Assembly: GCA_028867755.1 (NCBI GenBank)
Contig: JAGWFT010000001.1
Coordinates: 868,727-932,726 of the forward strand
Direction: 5' to 3'
Source: Nitrososphaerota archaeon
GTDB lineage: Archaea > Thermoproteota > Nitrososphaeria > Nitrososphaerales > Nitrosopumilaceae
DNA length: 64,000 nt
The notes under the pieces are model-generated. The model saw only the letters and a program-made list of their open reading frames with translations, ran no database searches and was not told the origin of the DNA. The position numbers and the translations under genes were made by a program. Shown piece after piece: positions 19,798-29,507 of this stretch; position 1 is the first letter of the stretch; every line of letters begins with the position of its first letter.

Positions 19798-20226
19798 CTA
19801 TTTCACAATCAAGACAGGGCATTTGGAATGTTGCGAAACGCCTGATGCTACACTGCCAAGTAGCAGCTTTTTGAATCCGCCAAGGCCTCTTGAGCCCATA
19901 ACTATGAGATCAATCTTGTGCGATTCTGCAAAAGATACCAATTCATCGGTAGCTGATATTCCCTCTAGTATCACAGTTTTGACCGGTATATTCAACTCGT
20001 CAAGTCTTGATTTTATTGTTGAGGTAGCGTTGGCAGCACTTTGGCGCATAAGTTTTAGTGTCTCTACATAGGCTGTGCCAAAACTTGGATCCATGGGAAT
20101 ATGTGGTATAACACAGGCTACTACACTAATGTCAGAGTTGAATTTTTTGGCAATATCAATTGCATATTCCAGTGCTCTGCTTGCAGGCTCTGACTTGTCA
20201 TATGGGACCATGATGTGTTTAATCAT
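19798..20226 (-). CDS. Universal stress protein (UspA family)
   Basis: HIMVPYDKS, DLIVMGSRGLGG, LLGSVA, CPVLIVK. Confidence 0.93.
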   Translation of the reverse strand: MIKHIMVPYDKSEPASRALEYAIDIAKKFNSDISVVACVIPHIPMDPSFGTAYVETLKLMRQSAANATSTIKSRLDELNIPVKTVILEGISATDELVSFAESHKIDLIVMGSRGLGGFKKLLLGSVASGVSQHSKCPVLIVK

Positions 20227-20290
20227 CGATCACACTACAGTAATCGTTCATTTAAAGAGAGTTTTAGATTATCACTTGTGAAAAAGTATC

Positions 20291-21046
20291 TTATGATATT
20301 GTGACAACCCCAGTTCGCCAAGGGTGTATTGTACAAAAATAGTAATACACACCTGGTTTGTCAAACTTGTAGCTAAATGTATCACCTGTCTTCAATAGCG
20401 CACTGTTAAACATGGATACGATATTGCCATGTCCGTCTTGGCTTTGTATGACGTGGCCAATGTTATCCTCATTTTGCCATGTCACAGTCGTTCCTCGCAT
20501 TGCCTCTAGGTTTAGCGGTATGAAAAAACCAGTGCCTGCTACTACAGAATTACCGTTTGGGATCATCACAGTTGCATTTGAGGACACGTTTACAGTAGGA
20601 AATAGGTCTGCTCCAGTAATCAGATAATCAAGTATCATCCTTGTATTGTTATTTTTCATATCTGCACTTACTTTCCATAGGGAGCCAGCATTTGTTGCAA
20701 AAATTCTGTTGCCATCAAGTGCTACATTGAAGATCTGACCTTGGATGGACTGGACTGGACCTTGCCCATGAAAAGACCCATCTTTATTATACAAGAACGA
20801 CCAGTCTTGAGGCAAAATATACGCGTGTAGGAATGTATCGCTTCCATACACAAGAAATGTTCCTTTTGTGATGGTTGACTGGTCTGACAATGTTATTCTA
20901 AATATGGATTGATACATTTGCGGATTATTGGCATTCAACACTGCAGCTCCACTTCCTGACATTTGATATGATGATTCTGCATATGCCAAATTGTACACTC
21001 CAGATAAGGCAAGAATTGAAACTATTGTCGCAACAATAATTTTCAT
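20291..21046 (-). CDS. Secreted protein with C-terminal cupredoxin domain
   Basis: Signal peptide; VTWQNEDNIGH and YYYFCTIHPWRTG type-1 Cu motifs. Confidence 0.85.
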   Translation of the reverse strand: MKIIVATIVSILALSGVYNLAYAESSYQMSGSGAAVLNANNPQMYQSIFRITLSDQSTITKGTFLVYGSDTFLHAYILPQDWSFLYNKDGSFHGQGPVQSIQGQIFNVALDGNRIFATNAGSLWKVSADMKNNNTRMILDYLITGADLFPTVNVSSNATVMIPNGNSVVAGTGFFIPLNLEAMRGTTVTWQNEDNIGHVIQSQDGHGNIVSMFNSALLKTGDTFSYKFDKPGVYYYFCTIHPWRTGVVTIS

Positions 21047-21144
21047 GCATGATTTATCTTGTCTATATTATATAATGAAAATGGAGATTATCATCTAAGA
21101 TAATCAGATATCGCTTTAATTAAAAAGAAACTGAAAGAAACCAT

Positions 21145-21621
21145 GTGGTTACAATTCCAGAAGATGTACTCTATATGATGAAAAAACAAAAATTTGTAGT
21201 AGTAGCTTCTGTTGACCCCAACGGATTAGCTAATATATCGCCAAGGACGGCATTTTATTTTACAGATGATTCAATATATTGGCTAGATTTTTTCAAGCAT
21301 AAATCACAAGGAAATTTTCGTGTAATACCATGGGTTAGTGTGGCTGTCTTTGACAAGGAAAAATTACGAGGATTTCAAATGAAAGGTAAGGTAAATTTCG
21401 TAACTGATGAAAAAAAGGGAAAAAAGATCATTGAAACAATATCACGATCAGTCACTGGCAAGACATCATCGAAGATATTCGAACAGCAAAGCAAGAACAG
21501 CCATCCTACTGTGATAATGTTCAAGCCAAAAGCAATCTATTCGCTAAACCCAAAGGAAGAGTCAGGCAAATCTCTGGTCTCCGACAAAGACGGGGAAACT
21601 GTATCTTTATTGGGAATCTAG
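21145..21621 (+). CDS. Pyridoxamine 5'-phosphate oxidase family FMN-binding split-barrel protein
   Basis: VVASVDPNGLANISPR, GFQMKGK. Confidence 0.82.
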   Translation: MVTIPEDVLYMMKKQKFVVVASVDPNGLANISPRTAFYFTDDSIYWLDFFKHKSQGNFRVIPWVSVAVFDKEKLRGFQMKGKVNFVTDEKKGKKIIETISRSVTGKTSSKIFEQQSKNSHPTVIMFKPKAIYSLNPKEESGKSLVSDKDGETVSLLGI

Positions 21622-21646
21622 TTATCACAAATGAAATCTGGCTTGT

Positions 21647-22129
21647 TTGTTTAATATAGGAGAAATCCATCTAGGGTTTAGGTTGTCTAACAAAGATGGT
21701 GATGAGCGTGCAGACAAAGACAAACTGACAAGTGATTATGGCTCAATAATAAGGGAAAGTGCACTTTTAACAACATTTTCTGCTTTTCTATTTGGCTTTC
21801 TACTAAATATCTCAATTACATCCTCAGGTGGGTTTGATCTGCTAGACAAGATAACGATTTTGGTAGCGTTACTTTCTATAACCATATCAATCTCGCTTTT
21901 CATAATGCCGGTAATTTACCATCATTTAGGATACCCGTATCTTGATTTTAAAAAGTTCAAAGCGAGGAGTCATCGCTTTACATTATTTGGCTTGATACCT
22001 GCCATGATAACACTGTTCTTGGGTTTGGAACTTGCCATGACGTCCTTGGCACAAAACCATCCTGTTGCATTATCGCTTAGTACGATACCTTTTGTGCTTA
22101 TTTACGTATTTTATAGACTACGTAAATAA
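21647..22129 (+). CDS. Four-TM membrane protein (DUF6328-like)
   Basis: [24 protein letters not shown]; start uncertain. Confidence 0.65.
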   Translation: MFNIGEIHLGFRLSNKDGDERADKDKLTSDYGSIIRESALLTTFSAFLFGFLLNISITSSGGFDLLDKITILVALLSITISISLFIMPVIYHHLGYPYLDFKKFKARSHRFTLFGLIPAMITLFLGLELAMTSLAQNHPVALSLSTIPFVLIYVFYRLRK

Positions 22130-22140
22130 AAGAGGATGAG

Positions 22141-23019
22141 ATGAAAATAAATTCCAAAGATTTTCTTGTGCATGCGGGAAAAAAGGTCAAACTCAAAAAC
22201 TATCCAACAACTGTCAAACCCATGTACAAATCAAAGGAACAATATGGCCAGATCCTCAAAAAACATATTGAAGAACTAAGCTCCTTGCAAAATCTTCTCT
22301 ATGCATCAAATCGTTATTCGTTGTTATTGATCTTTCAGGCAATGGATGCAGCAGGAAAAGACAGTGCCATCAAACATGTAATGTCAGGCATTAATCCTCA
22401 AGGCTGTCAAGTGTTCAGCTTCAAGCATCCAAGCACGGAGGAACTTGAGCATGATTTTTTATGGCGTATTGTTCAATGCTTGCCTGAGAGGGGACGAATA
22501 GGTATCTTCAATCGTTCCTATTATGAGGAGGTACTGATTGTCCGTGTACATCCAGAGATTCTCCACAGCGAAGGCCTTCCAAATGAATTATTGGGCAAGC
22601 ATACAATTTGGCACCAGCGGTATAATTCTATAGTGAACCTGGAAAACCATCTACATTCCAACGGAACACGCATAATCAAATTTTTTCTTCATATCTCAAA
22701 AGAAGAACAACGCAAGCGTTTTCTAAAGCGTATTGATGAGCCAGAAAAGAACTGGAAATTTAGCCTTGACGATATTGAGGAGAGAAAATTTTGGAAGCAT
22801 TACATGAAAGCCTATGAAGACTGTCTGAGTGCTACCAGCACGACTGACGCGCCTTGGTACGTTATTCCTGCAGATGATAAGGAGAACACTAGGCTAATCA
22901 TTTCACAAATAATTCTTGATGCACTAAAAGAACTAAAAATGAGTTATCCAAAACCAACTGCAAAACGCAGACAAGAGCTGCACTCGATTCGTAAACTACT
23001 AGGTACGCAAAAATCCTAG
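22141..23019 (+). CDS. ppk2: Polyphosphate kinase 2 family (class III-like) phosphotransferase
   Basis: [10 protein letters not shown] Walker A, GVNPQG-like [30 protein letters not shown]. Confidence 0.93.
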   Translation: MKINSKDFLVHAGKKVKLKNYPTTVKPMYKSKEQYGQILKKHIEELSSLQNLLYASNRYSLLLIFQAMDAAGKDSAIKHVMSGINPQGCQVFSFKHPSTEELEHDFLWRIVQCLPERGRIGIFNRSYYEEVLIVRVHPEILHSEGLPNELLGKHTIWHQRYNSIVNLENHLHSNGTRIIKFFLHISKEEQRKRFLKRIDEPEKNWKFSLDDIEERKFWKHYMKAYEDCLSATSTTDAPWYVIPADDKENTRLIISQIILDALKELKMSYPKPTAKRRQELHSIRKLLGTQKS

Positions 23020-23053
23020 TCCATTGACAAGGCTTGGTTCATTAAAGAATGTT

Positions 23054-23079
23054 TTATTCCACAATCTTTAGTGTATCAG
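23054..23079 (-). repeat. Orphan copy of the last codons (DTLKIVE*) of the 24039..24593 gene
   Basis: ATTCCACAATCTTTAGTGTATCAG (23056-23079) vs ATTCTACAATCTTTAGTGTATCAG (24041-24064): 23/24 identical. Confidence 0.85.
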
Positions 23080-23138
23080 TTTTTGGTTTTTCAAATTACT
23101 TGTGGATGTTTGGAAGACAAAGCAATAACCTCTAAACC

Positions 23139-23158
23139 AAACAATTAAATAATTGTTT
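23139..23158. promoter_or_regulatory. Probable ArsR autoregulatory operator
   Basis: Perfect inverted repeat AAACAATTA-AA-TAATTGTTT ending 16 nt before the ArsR ATG. Confidence 0.65.
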
Positions 23159-23173
23159 AATTATTGTATCAAC

Positions 23174-23485
23174 ATGGAATCAGTCTGGAAGGCAGTTGCA
23201 GATGACAGCAGGCGCGAGATACTGATGCTGCTTCGAAAAAGGAAGATGACTCCAAGTGAGATGACAGAACACTTTCATTTTACAGCCCCCGCCTTGTCAA
23301 GTCACCTACGCATATTGAAGAGCGCAGACTTGGTCACTGAGGAAAAACTGGGCAAGAACAGATATTATTCATTAAACGAAAAAAAATCTCTTGAGATTGT
23401 AAATTTCTTTGAAAAGATGTGGGGATACAACCTAAACTCGCTTAAAGAATACGTCGAGAACAAAGAAAGGAAAAAAGGGACATGA
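23174..23485 (+). CDS. ArsR/SmtB family regulator (SdpR-like)
   Basis: AVADDSRREIL, ALSSHLRILKSADLV, GKNRYYSL; ATG at 23174. Confidence 0.9.
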   Translation: MESVWKAVADDSRREILMLLRKRKMTPSEMTEHFHFTAPALSSHLRILKSADLVTEEKLGKNRYYSLNEKKSLEIVNFFEKMWGYNLNSLKEYVENKERKKGT

Positions 23486-23925
23486 GTGATCTAGAAATCA
23501 GAAAATCCATTGAAATTGATGCCTCTCCAGAAGTTGTATTCAAGGCTATTTCTGATCCTAGTGAATTGACCAACTGGTTTCCGGATGCGGCAATATTAGA
23601 ACCCAGAGTTGGAGGGAAAACTAAATTCTCATATTACAAGGATTCAAAGAGGATTACTGCATGTGCAAGAGATCATGATAAAACTAATGAAGGAAGGGTT
23701 TTAGAATTTGTCAAGAACAAAAAACTTGTTTATACCTGGCAGCACATGGATGTACCAGACTTTCCTGAAACTATAGTAACATGGGAATTGGAAGAAATAA
23801 GACAGAACAAGACTAGGTTGACCCTGACTCATACGGGATTTAAAAGCAAAGACCAAGTCAAAGATCATTTCGAAGGCTGGTCGTTCTTTCTTAACGAATT
23901 AGCTTCATACTGTAAGCGGAAATAA
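23482..23925 (+). CDS. SRPBCC/AHSA1 (START-like) domain protein
   Basis: IDASPEVVFKAISDP.EL..WF, KLVYTW, TRLTLTH, GWSFFL; 4-nt overlap with ArsR. Confidence 0.9.
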   Translation: MSDLEIRKSIEIDASPEVVFKAISDPSELTNWFPDAAILEPRVGGKTKFSYYKDSKRITACARDHDKTNEGRVLEFVKNKKLVYTWQHMDVPDFPETIVTWELEEIRQNKTRLTLTHTGFKSKDQVKDHFEGWSFFLNELASYCKRK

Positions 23926-24038
23926 CATCCACAGTCTTATTGAAACCCGGCGAACATAAAAAATAAGGAAATCAAACCATTTGGCAAGTACCCCTAATGG
24001 CACTGAAATTGTACTATGATGATACCCTAGTCATATAG

Positions 24039-24593
24039 TCATTCTACAATCTTTAGTGTATCAGATGCAGTAATTATTCCAACTATCTTGCTCTGCTTTG
24101 AGACAAGAACACATTTTGAATATCGTATCAGGGAGACCAGGGTCTTGACTGGGGTGTCGTAATCTACAATGGGCGGACGCGGGTCCATTATCTCTGATAG
24201 TCTTATCTTTTTTCTCTGTGTCTCGTCGCTATCTATGAGGTGCTTTACAATGCCATCTTCTGTTACCACACCTACCACATCGTTTCCCTCAAAGACAGGA
24301 ACCTGACTGATGGATAAATCCTGCATTTTTTTAATTGCATCGTTTAAGGTGTCATTTGACTTTAGCTTGACAATTTCTTTACTGCAAATGTCTCCTGCCT
24401 TCATTGCTGACTGGCTTTCAAGCGACCACAGGACCTCAAATATTTTCCTTGCAGTGGCATAGCTTGGCTGACATCTTCCTGATTCAATCTGGTTTATCAT
24501 TGAGGTGCTAACACCTGTAAGGGAGGCAAGCTTTTGCTGCGTTAAACCAATTTTCTGTCTTGCTTGTTTTATTGATTCAAGTCTTGGTAGCAT
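24039..24593 (-). CDS. XRE-HTH plus CBS-domain transcription regulator
   Basis: LTQQKLASLTGVSTSMINQIESG; C-terminal CBS pair. Confidence 0.9.
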   Translation of the reverse strand: MLPRLESIKQARQKIGLTQQKLASLTGVSTSMINQIESGRCQPSYATARKIFEVLWSLESQSAMKAGDICSKEIVKLKSNDTLNDAIKKMQDLSISQVPVFEGNDVVGVVTEDGIVKHLIDSDETQRKKIRLSEIMDPRPPIVDYDTPVKTLVSLIRYSKCVLVSKQSKIVGIITASDTLKIVE

Positions 24594-27340
24594 TATCTGT
24601 CGCGCCTTATCTTTTTCTTTGAGGATTTAATAGACTTTTCAAGAGCGGCTTGGGCTGCAGCTATGATTGCTATTGGGACTCTATGTGCAGACGCACTTAC
24701 ATATGTCAGACCAGAGGCATTGCAAAACTTGATTGAGCGAGGGTCTCCACCATGCTCGCCGCAAACTCCTATCTCAAGGCCAGGTTTTACGCTTCGGCCC
24801 CTTGATATTGCAATTTGTATCAGGTTTCCAACGCCGTTAACATCTAGTGACTGGAATGGATTTTCTGCCATTATCTCTTTTTCAAAATACTCTGGAAGGA
24901 ACTTGCCTTCGGCGTCTTCTCTGCTAAAGCTAAATACTGCTTGTGTGAGGTCGTTTGTTCCAAAGCTGAAAAATTCCGCACTTTGTGCAAGCTCATTTGC
25001 TGTAAGGCACGCCCTGACAACTTCCATCATGGTGCCAAAATTCATCTTTAGTTTGACTTTGAATTTTGATTCCACATCTGATTTTATGGCCTCATAAGTT
25101 TTTTTGATGTTGTTTAATTCATTTACGCTGCCAACTTGGGGGACCATTATTTGAGGGTGCACGTTTATTTTTTCTATGGCAAGCTCTGCCGCTGCCTCAC
25201 AAATAGCTCTTATCTGCATCTCGTAGATCTCAGGATATGTTATGCCAACTCTGACTCCGCGGTGTCCCATCATGGGGTTTATCTCTGCCAACTCCTTTGC
25301 CCTGTCAAGCAACTTTTGGGTTACTGCAACTTGTTCTGGGGCGCCCTGTTTTTCTAGTGAATGGATCTTGCTTATCAATTCCTCAGTATTTGGAAGAAAC
25401 TCGTGCAATGGTGGGTCTAGCAATCTTATCGTAACATGATAGCCTTGCATTATCTTGAGAATTTCTTTGAAATCTTGTTTTTGTAATACACGAAGCTTTT
25501 CAAGAACTAGTTTTCTTTCTTGAACTGTCTTTGTCATTATCATATTTACAAAGACAGCTAGTCTATCGCGAGCATTGAACATCCTCTCAGTTCTGCACAG
25601 CCCAATACCTCTTGCTCCATATGTGCGTGCAAGTCTTGCAGCTTCTGGTGTATCGGCATTTGCTCTGATGCCAAGTGTTTTAAGCTTCTCAGACCACTCA
25701 AGTATTGTTCTAAAGTCATCTGTCAGTTTTGGCTCAACAGTGGGCAACTCGCCTGTGTAGACATTGCCAGTGCTTCCATCCACTGTAATTACATCTCCTT
25801 CAGTAACAGCTTTTCCATCAACACGAAATTGTTTTGCAGAATAATCTATCTTGATATCAGAGCATCCAACAATGCATGGCTTTCCCATGCCTCTTGCTAC
25901 AACTGCTGCATGCGACGTCTTGCCTCCTCTGCTTGTAAGAATACCTGCTGAAGAAAAAAACGCTGGAACATCTTCTGGCTTGGTCTCTTCTCTTACTAGG
26001 ATGACCCTTGTTCCGCTCTCTCCAACACTTGCTGCCCTTTTTACATCAAAAATAACAATGCCTGACGCAGCTCCTGGGGAGGCTGCTATGCCTTTTGTTA
26101 TGGGATTAAATCTCTTGACTGCCTCTGAATCTATAGTTCTGTGCAAAATTTGGTCAAGGTCTTCGGGATGAAGGCGCATGATTGCCCGCTCTTTTGATAT
26201 CAGCCTTTCTTTTACCATTGAGACCGAGGTTCTTATCATGCCAACTGCATTCATTTTGGCAGAGCGTGTCTGTAAAAGATAGAATTTTCCTTTCTCTACT
26301 GTAAACTCGATGTCTTGAGGTTCTTTGAAGTGTTTTTCAAGCTTGTTACATGTTTGAACAAGTTGCTTGTACGTTGACGGCATTTCTTTTACCATGTTGT
26401 CTATTGTTTGCGGTGTCCTGATTCCTGCTACAACGTCTTCTCCTTGTGCATTGACAAGATATTCGCCAAAGATCTTCTTTGAGCCGTCAGAAGGATCGCG
26501 TGTGAAAACAACTCCTGTTGCACTGTCATTTCCCATGTTGCCAAACACCATTGCAACAACATTGACTGCGGTGCCATTTGCTGCATCTTTTGAGATCTTG
26601 TATTTTTCTCTGTATACTATTGCTCGCTCCCCCATCCAGCTCTTGAATACTGCCTCTATTGCAAGCTCAAGATGCTTGTAGGGGTCTTCTGGAAATGGCA
26701 TTCCTATGTGTTCTTGGCAGATTGTTTTGTATTGTGATACTAGATTTTTCAGTGACTCGACGTTTAGCTCATGGTCTTGCTCTACATTTTGTTTCTTTTT
26801 TATGCCATGTAATGCATCTTCGAATTTTCTGTCTTCAATGCCAAAGACTACCTTGCCAAACAACTGGACAAATCTTCGATAAGAATCCCATGCAAATCTT
26901 GCATTTTTGCTTGAATCAGCAAGTGCCAAGACAGCCTTGTCATTTAATCCAAGATTTAGAATCGTATCCATCATGCCAGGCATTGATATTGCAGCACCTG
27001 ATCTGACAGACACTAGGAGGGGATTTTTATCAGAACCAAGTTTTCTGCCGGTCTTTTTCTCAATTTTTCGGATATTTTTTCTTACTTCGACCATGAGTTG
27101 TTTTGGTAATTTTTTATTGTTGGTATAGTACTTGACACAAACTTCTGTTGTAATGGTAAAACCTGGGGGCACTGAAAGCCCAAGCCTTGTCATCTCCATG
27201 AGGCCTGCTCCCTTGCCGCCAAACAATTTTTTGTTCTTGCCGTCGCCTTCGTTAAAAAAATAAACAGACTTCACACAAGGCTTCTGTTGTAGTAGGATAT
27301 CAAATTTTTCTGTTTTTTGTGAATGCCGACGCAAATTCAT
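24593..27340 (-). CDS. ppdK: Pyruvate, phosphate dikinase (true start probably near GTG 27274)
   Basis: GGKGAGL, VSVRSGA..SMPGMMDT, GGKTSHAAVVARG phospho-His, GIGLCRTE, SFGTNDLTQ. Confidence 0.96.
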   Translation of the reverse strand: MNLRRHSQKTEKFDILLQQKPCVKSVYFFNEGDGKNKKLFGGKGAGLMEMTRLGLSVPPGFTITTEVCVKYYTNNKKLPKQLMVEVRKNIRKIEKKTGRKLGSDKNPLLVSVRSGAAISMPGMMDTILNLGLNDKAVLALADSSKNARFAWDSYRRFVQLFGKVVFGIEDRKFEDALHGIKKKQNVEQDHELNVESLKNLVSQYKTICQEHIGMPFPEDPYKHLELAIEAVFKSWMGERAIVYREKYKISKDAANGTAVNVVAMVFGNMGNDSATGVVFTRDPSDGSKKIFGEYLVNAQGEDVVAGIRTPQTIDNMVKEMPSTYKQLVQTCNKLEKHFKEPQDIEFTVEKGKFYLLQTRSAKMNAVGMIRTSVSMVKERLISKERAIMRLHPEDLDQILHRTIDSEAVKRFNPITKGIAASPGAASGIVIFDVKRAASVGESGTRVILVREETKPEDVPAFFSSAGILTSRGGKTSHAAVVARGMGKPCIVGCSDIKIDYSAKQFRVDGKAVTEGDVITVDGSTGNVYTGELPTVEPKLTDDFRTILEWSEKLKTLGIRANADTPEAARLARTYGARGIGLCRTERMFNARDRLAVFVNMIMTKTVQERKLVLEKLRVLQKQDFKEILKIMQGYHVTIRLLDPPLHEFLPNTEELISKIHSLEKQGAPEQVAVTQKLLDRAKELAEINPMMGHRGVRVGITYPEIYEMQIRAICEAAAELAIEKINVHPQIMVPQVGSVNELNNIKKTYEAIKSDVESKFKVKLKMNFGTMMEVVRACLTANELAQSAEFFSFGTNDLTQAVFSFSREDAEGKFLPEYFEKEIMAENPFQSLDVNGVGNLIQIAISRGRSVKPGLEIGVCGEHGGDPRSIKFCNASGLTYVSASAHRVPIAIIAAAQAALEKSIKSSKKKIRRDR

Positions 27341-27995
27341 CTATTATTTTTTCCCAATCTTTGGCCTTTACGATGCCGCTTGCAACAAGTATGCCTTGGG
27401 CTCCAAGCTCAAGTGCCTTTGCAACGTCGTCTCCTGAAACAATTCCTGCACCACACAGCAACTGGGTGGAATTTTTTGCGTCTTTTACTGCCTTAACAGA
27501 ATTTGTTATTATTTCGGGTCTTTCCTTTGATACTGCCTTGCCGCTTCCTATCAACTCTGGAGGCTCTATTGCAATGTAATCAGGATTTAATCTTGCATAT
27601 TTTTTTGCCTCGTCTACATCCTTTACACATACTACTGATGTCATGCCAAGGCTCCGAAGTCTTGGGACAAGCTCTTCAATATCCTGGCTTGGAATCCTGT
27701 GTTCACTGTGGTTGATTAGGGTGCCGCTAACCTTGGATTTTTTTAAAATTTCTGGCACGACAAACCCTGTTGTGCTGCCGACCTTTACAGTATCAGTATG
27801 CTGGGCAAATACTGTTATTGGCAGTTTTGCCACTTCGGAGACAAGGTGCTGTGGGGGACAGACTGCAATTTTTATTTTATATTTTTTTTCAACCCTTGAA
27901 GCACTCTCTGCTAATCGCAATGAATTGTCAGCTGAAATTTCTTCGTAATTTTTAAAGTTGATTATGAACAATGTACTTTCAGCAGAATTTGTCAT
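27300..27995 (-). CDS. tpiA: Triosephosphate isomerase (archaeal type)
   Basis: INFKNY, INHSEHR, AIEPPELIGSG, GILVASG. Confidence 0.95.
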   Translation of the reverse strand: MTNSAESTLFIINFKNYEEISADNSLRLAESASRVEKKYKIKIAVCPPQHLVSEVAKLPITVFAQHTDTVKVGSTTGFVVPEILKKSKVSGTLINHSEHRIPSQDIEELVPRLRSLGMTSVVCVKDVDEAKKYARLNPDYIAIEPPELIGSGKAVSKERPEIITNSVKAVKDAKNSTQLLCGAGIVSGDDVAKALELGAQGILVASGIVKAKDWEKIIDEFASAFTKNRKI

Positions 27996-28098
27996 TCCCT
28001 ATATATCAAGAGTTCCTTGTTTGGGTTGCATACTGGTAATATCCATGAGATTTCATTTTTGAAAATTCTTATAAGATGAGAGAAAGAAAAAATCATCC

Positions 28099-28395
28099 AT
28101 GAAAAGTGAATCGCTCTTGTTGCTAGATGCTCTTCAAGATATTGCGTCAGCTGCATCTCTAGGATCACAGGATGAAGATCTTGTCAAGTCAGTTTTCAAA
28201 AAAATACTTGACAGCGGCGACACTTACAATATGACAGAGTTGGAAAGTTGGTTTTCCAAAGTTGTATCTGCCAACCAGTCTGCAGTTGATAGAGTGCTTA
28301 ACATTGCACATTATCAAAAATCAAAATTTGAAGCCCGCAATAAATTTAGAATGATATCAGATGGTGATGACTGTGGATGCGGCGGAGGCCACTGA
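28099..28395 (+). CDS. Hypothetical protein with C-terminal CGCGGGH
   Basis: 98-aa ORF with CTTATAAG TATA-like box upstream. Confidence 0.7.
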   Translation: MKSESLLLLDALQDIASAASLGSQDEDLVKSVFKKILDSGDTYNMTELESWFSKVVSANQSAVDRVLNIAHYQKSKFEARNKFRMISDGDDCGCGGGH

Positions 28396-28563
28396 TTACT
28401 TCTTTATGCCAAGTGTTCTGTTCTTTAGTCGCAAGTAAGGATTATGACATTTGCGACACCTTGTAGCTGACATTGAATTTTTGGCACCACATGAGAAACA
28501 GACCTTAAAGTAAAGTCTTGCCTTCTGGGCAATCTGTTTTTTTAGTGGATCTGTGATTGGCAT
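28396..28563 (-). CDS. rpl40e: 50S ribosomal protein L40e (not in ORF track)
   Basis: Manual translation MPITDPLKKQIAQKARLYFKVCFSCGAKNSMSATRCRKCHNPYLRLKNRTLGIKK; C.xxC..N...A..CRKC...LR.K signature. Confidence 0.93.
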   Translation of the reverse strand: MPITDPLKKQIAQKARLYFKVCFSCGAKNSMSATRCRKCHNPYLRLKNRTLGIKK

Positions 28564-28586
28564 TTTCTTTTTCTCCTATTTACCTG

Positions 28587-29507
28587 CTATTTGTTTCTAC
28601 CCTTTCCAAGCTTTCCTGCAAGAAGCATTGGCAGCTCGGCAGGTCTCTTAGCTACAGGTACATTTGCCTTGGCATACATTGATACTTTGGATTCTGCTGA
28701 ACCGTAGGTCCCATAAATTATGGCACCTGCATGGCCCATCCTCTTCTCTTTTGGAGCCGCACGTCCTGCAATGTATGCTACAACAGGCTTGTCAAACTTG
28801 GTATCAATAATGTGCTGTGCCAACATCTCTTCGGCGTCCCCGCCTATCTCTCCTACTACAACTACGCCGTCTATGTTGGCTCCATTTCTAATGGTGTCAA
28901 ATGCCTGTATCAAGGGGGTTCCGTTGATGGGGTCACCACCTATTCCAAAACAGATGCTTTGGCCAAAATTTGCAAGCGAGAGATTATGCGACACCTCATA
29001 CATGAGAGTGCCACTACGTGAAATCACTGCAATGTTTCCAGGCTTGAAAGGTGATGCTGGCATGATTCCAATCTTGATAATTCCAGGTATTATTATTCCA
29101 GGTGTGTTAGGTCCAACAACAATTGCATCCTTTCTTTTTGACAAATCTACAACTGTCAGTGCATCCTTTATTGGTACGTGCTCTGGAATTGCAATTAGCA
29201 ACTTGATTCCAGCCTCCAAGGCTTCAACTGCAGCACTTAGGAAAAACTTTGCCGGAACAAAGATTATTGAAATTTTTGCACCAGTTGCAGCTACCGCTTC
29301 TCCCATGTTTTCATAAATGGGCACGCCCTCTATTTTTTGTCCGCCTTTTCCTGGCGTGACTCCGGCAACTATGTTTGTTCCATATGCTAGCATTTGTTGT
29401 GTGTGAAATGATCCAAACTTTCCAGTGATGCCTTGGACTATGACTGGTTTTTTCTTATAGTCGCGGTCTCCTTCTTTTCCAATTAGTAAATCAAAAAGAT
29501 CAGCCAT
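28587..29507 (-). CDS. sucD: Succinate--CoA ligase alpha subunit
   Basis: QGITGK, GVTPGKGG, GPNTPG, GIGGDP, MGHAGA phospho-His. Confidence 0.96.
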   Translation of the reverse strand: MADLFDLLIGKEGDRDYKKKPVIVQGITGKFGSFHTQQMLAYGTNIVAGVTPGKGGQKIEGVPIYENMGEAVAATGAKISIIFVPAKFFLSAAVEALEAGIKLLIAIPEHVPIKDALTVVDLSKRKDAIVVGPNTPGIIIPGIIKIGIMPASPFKPGNIAVISRSGTLMYEVSHNLSLANFGQSICFGIGGDPINGTPLIQAFDTIRNGANIDGVVVVGEIGGDAEEMLAQHIIDTKFDKPVVAYIAGRAAPKEKRMGHAGAIIYGTYGSAESKVSMYAKANVPVAKRPAELPMLLAGKLGKGRNK

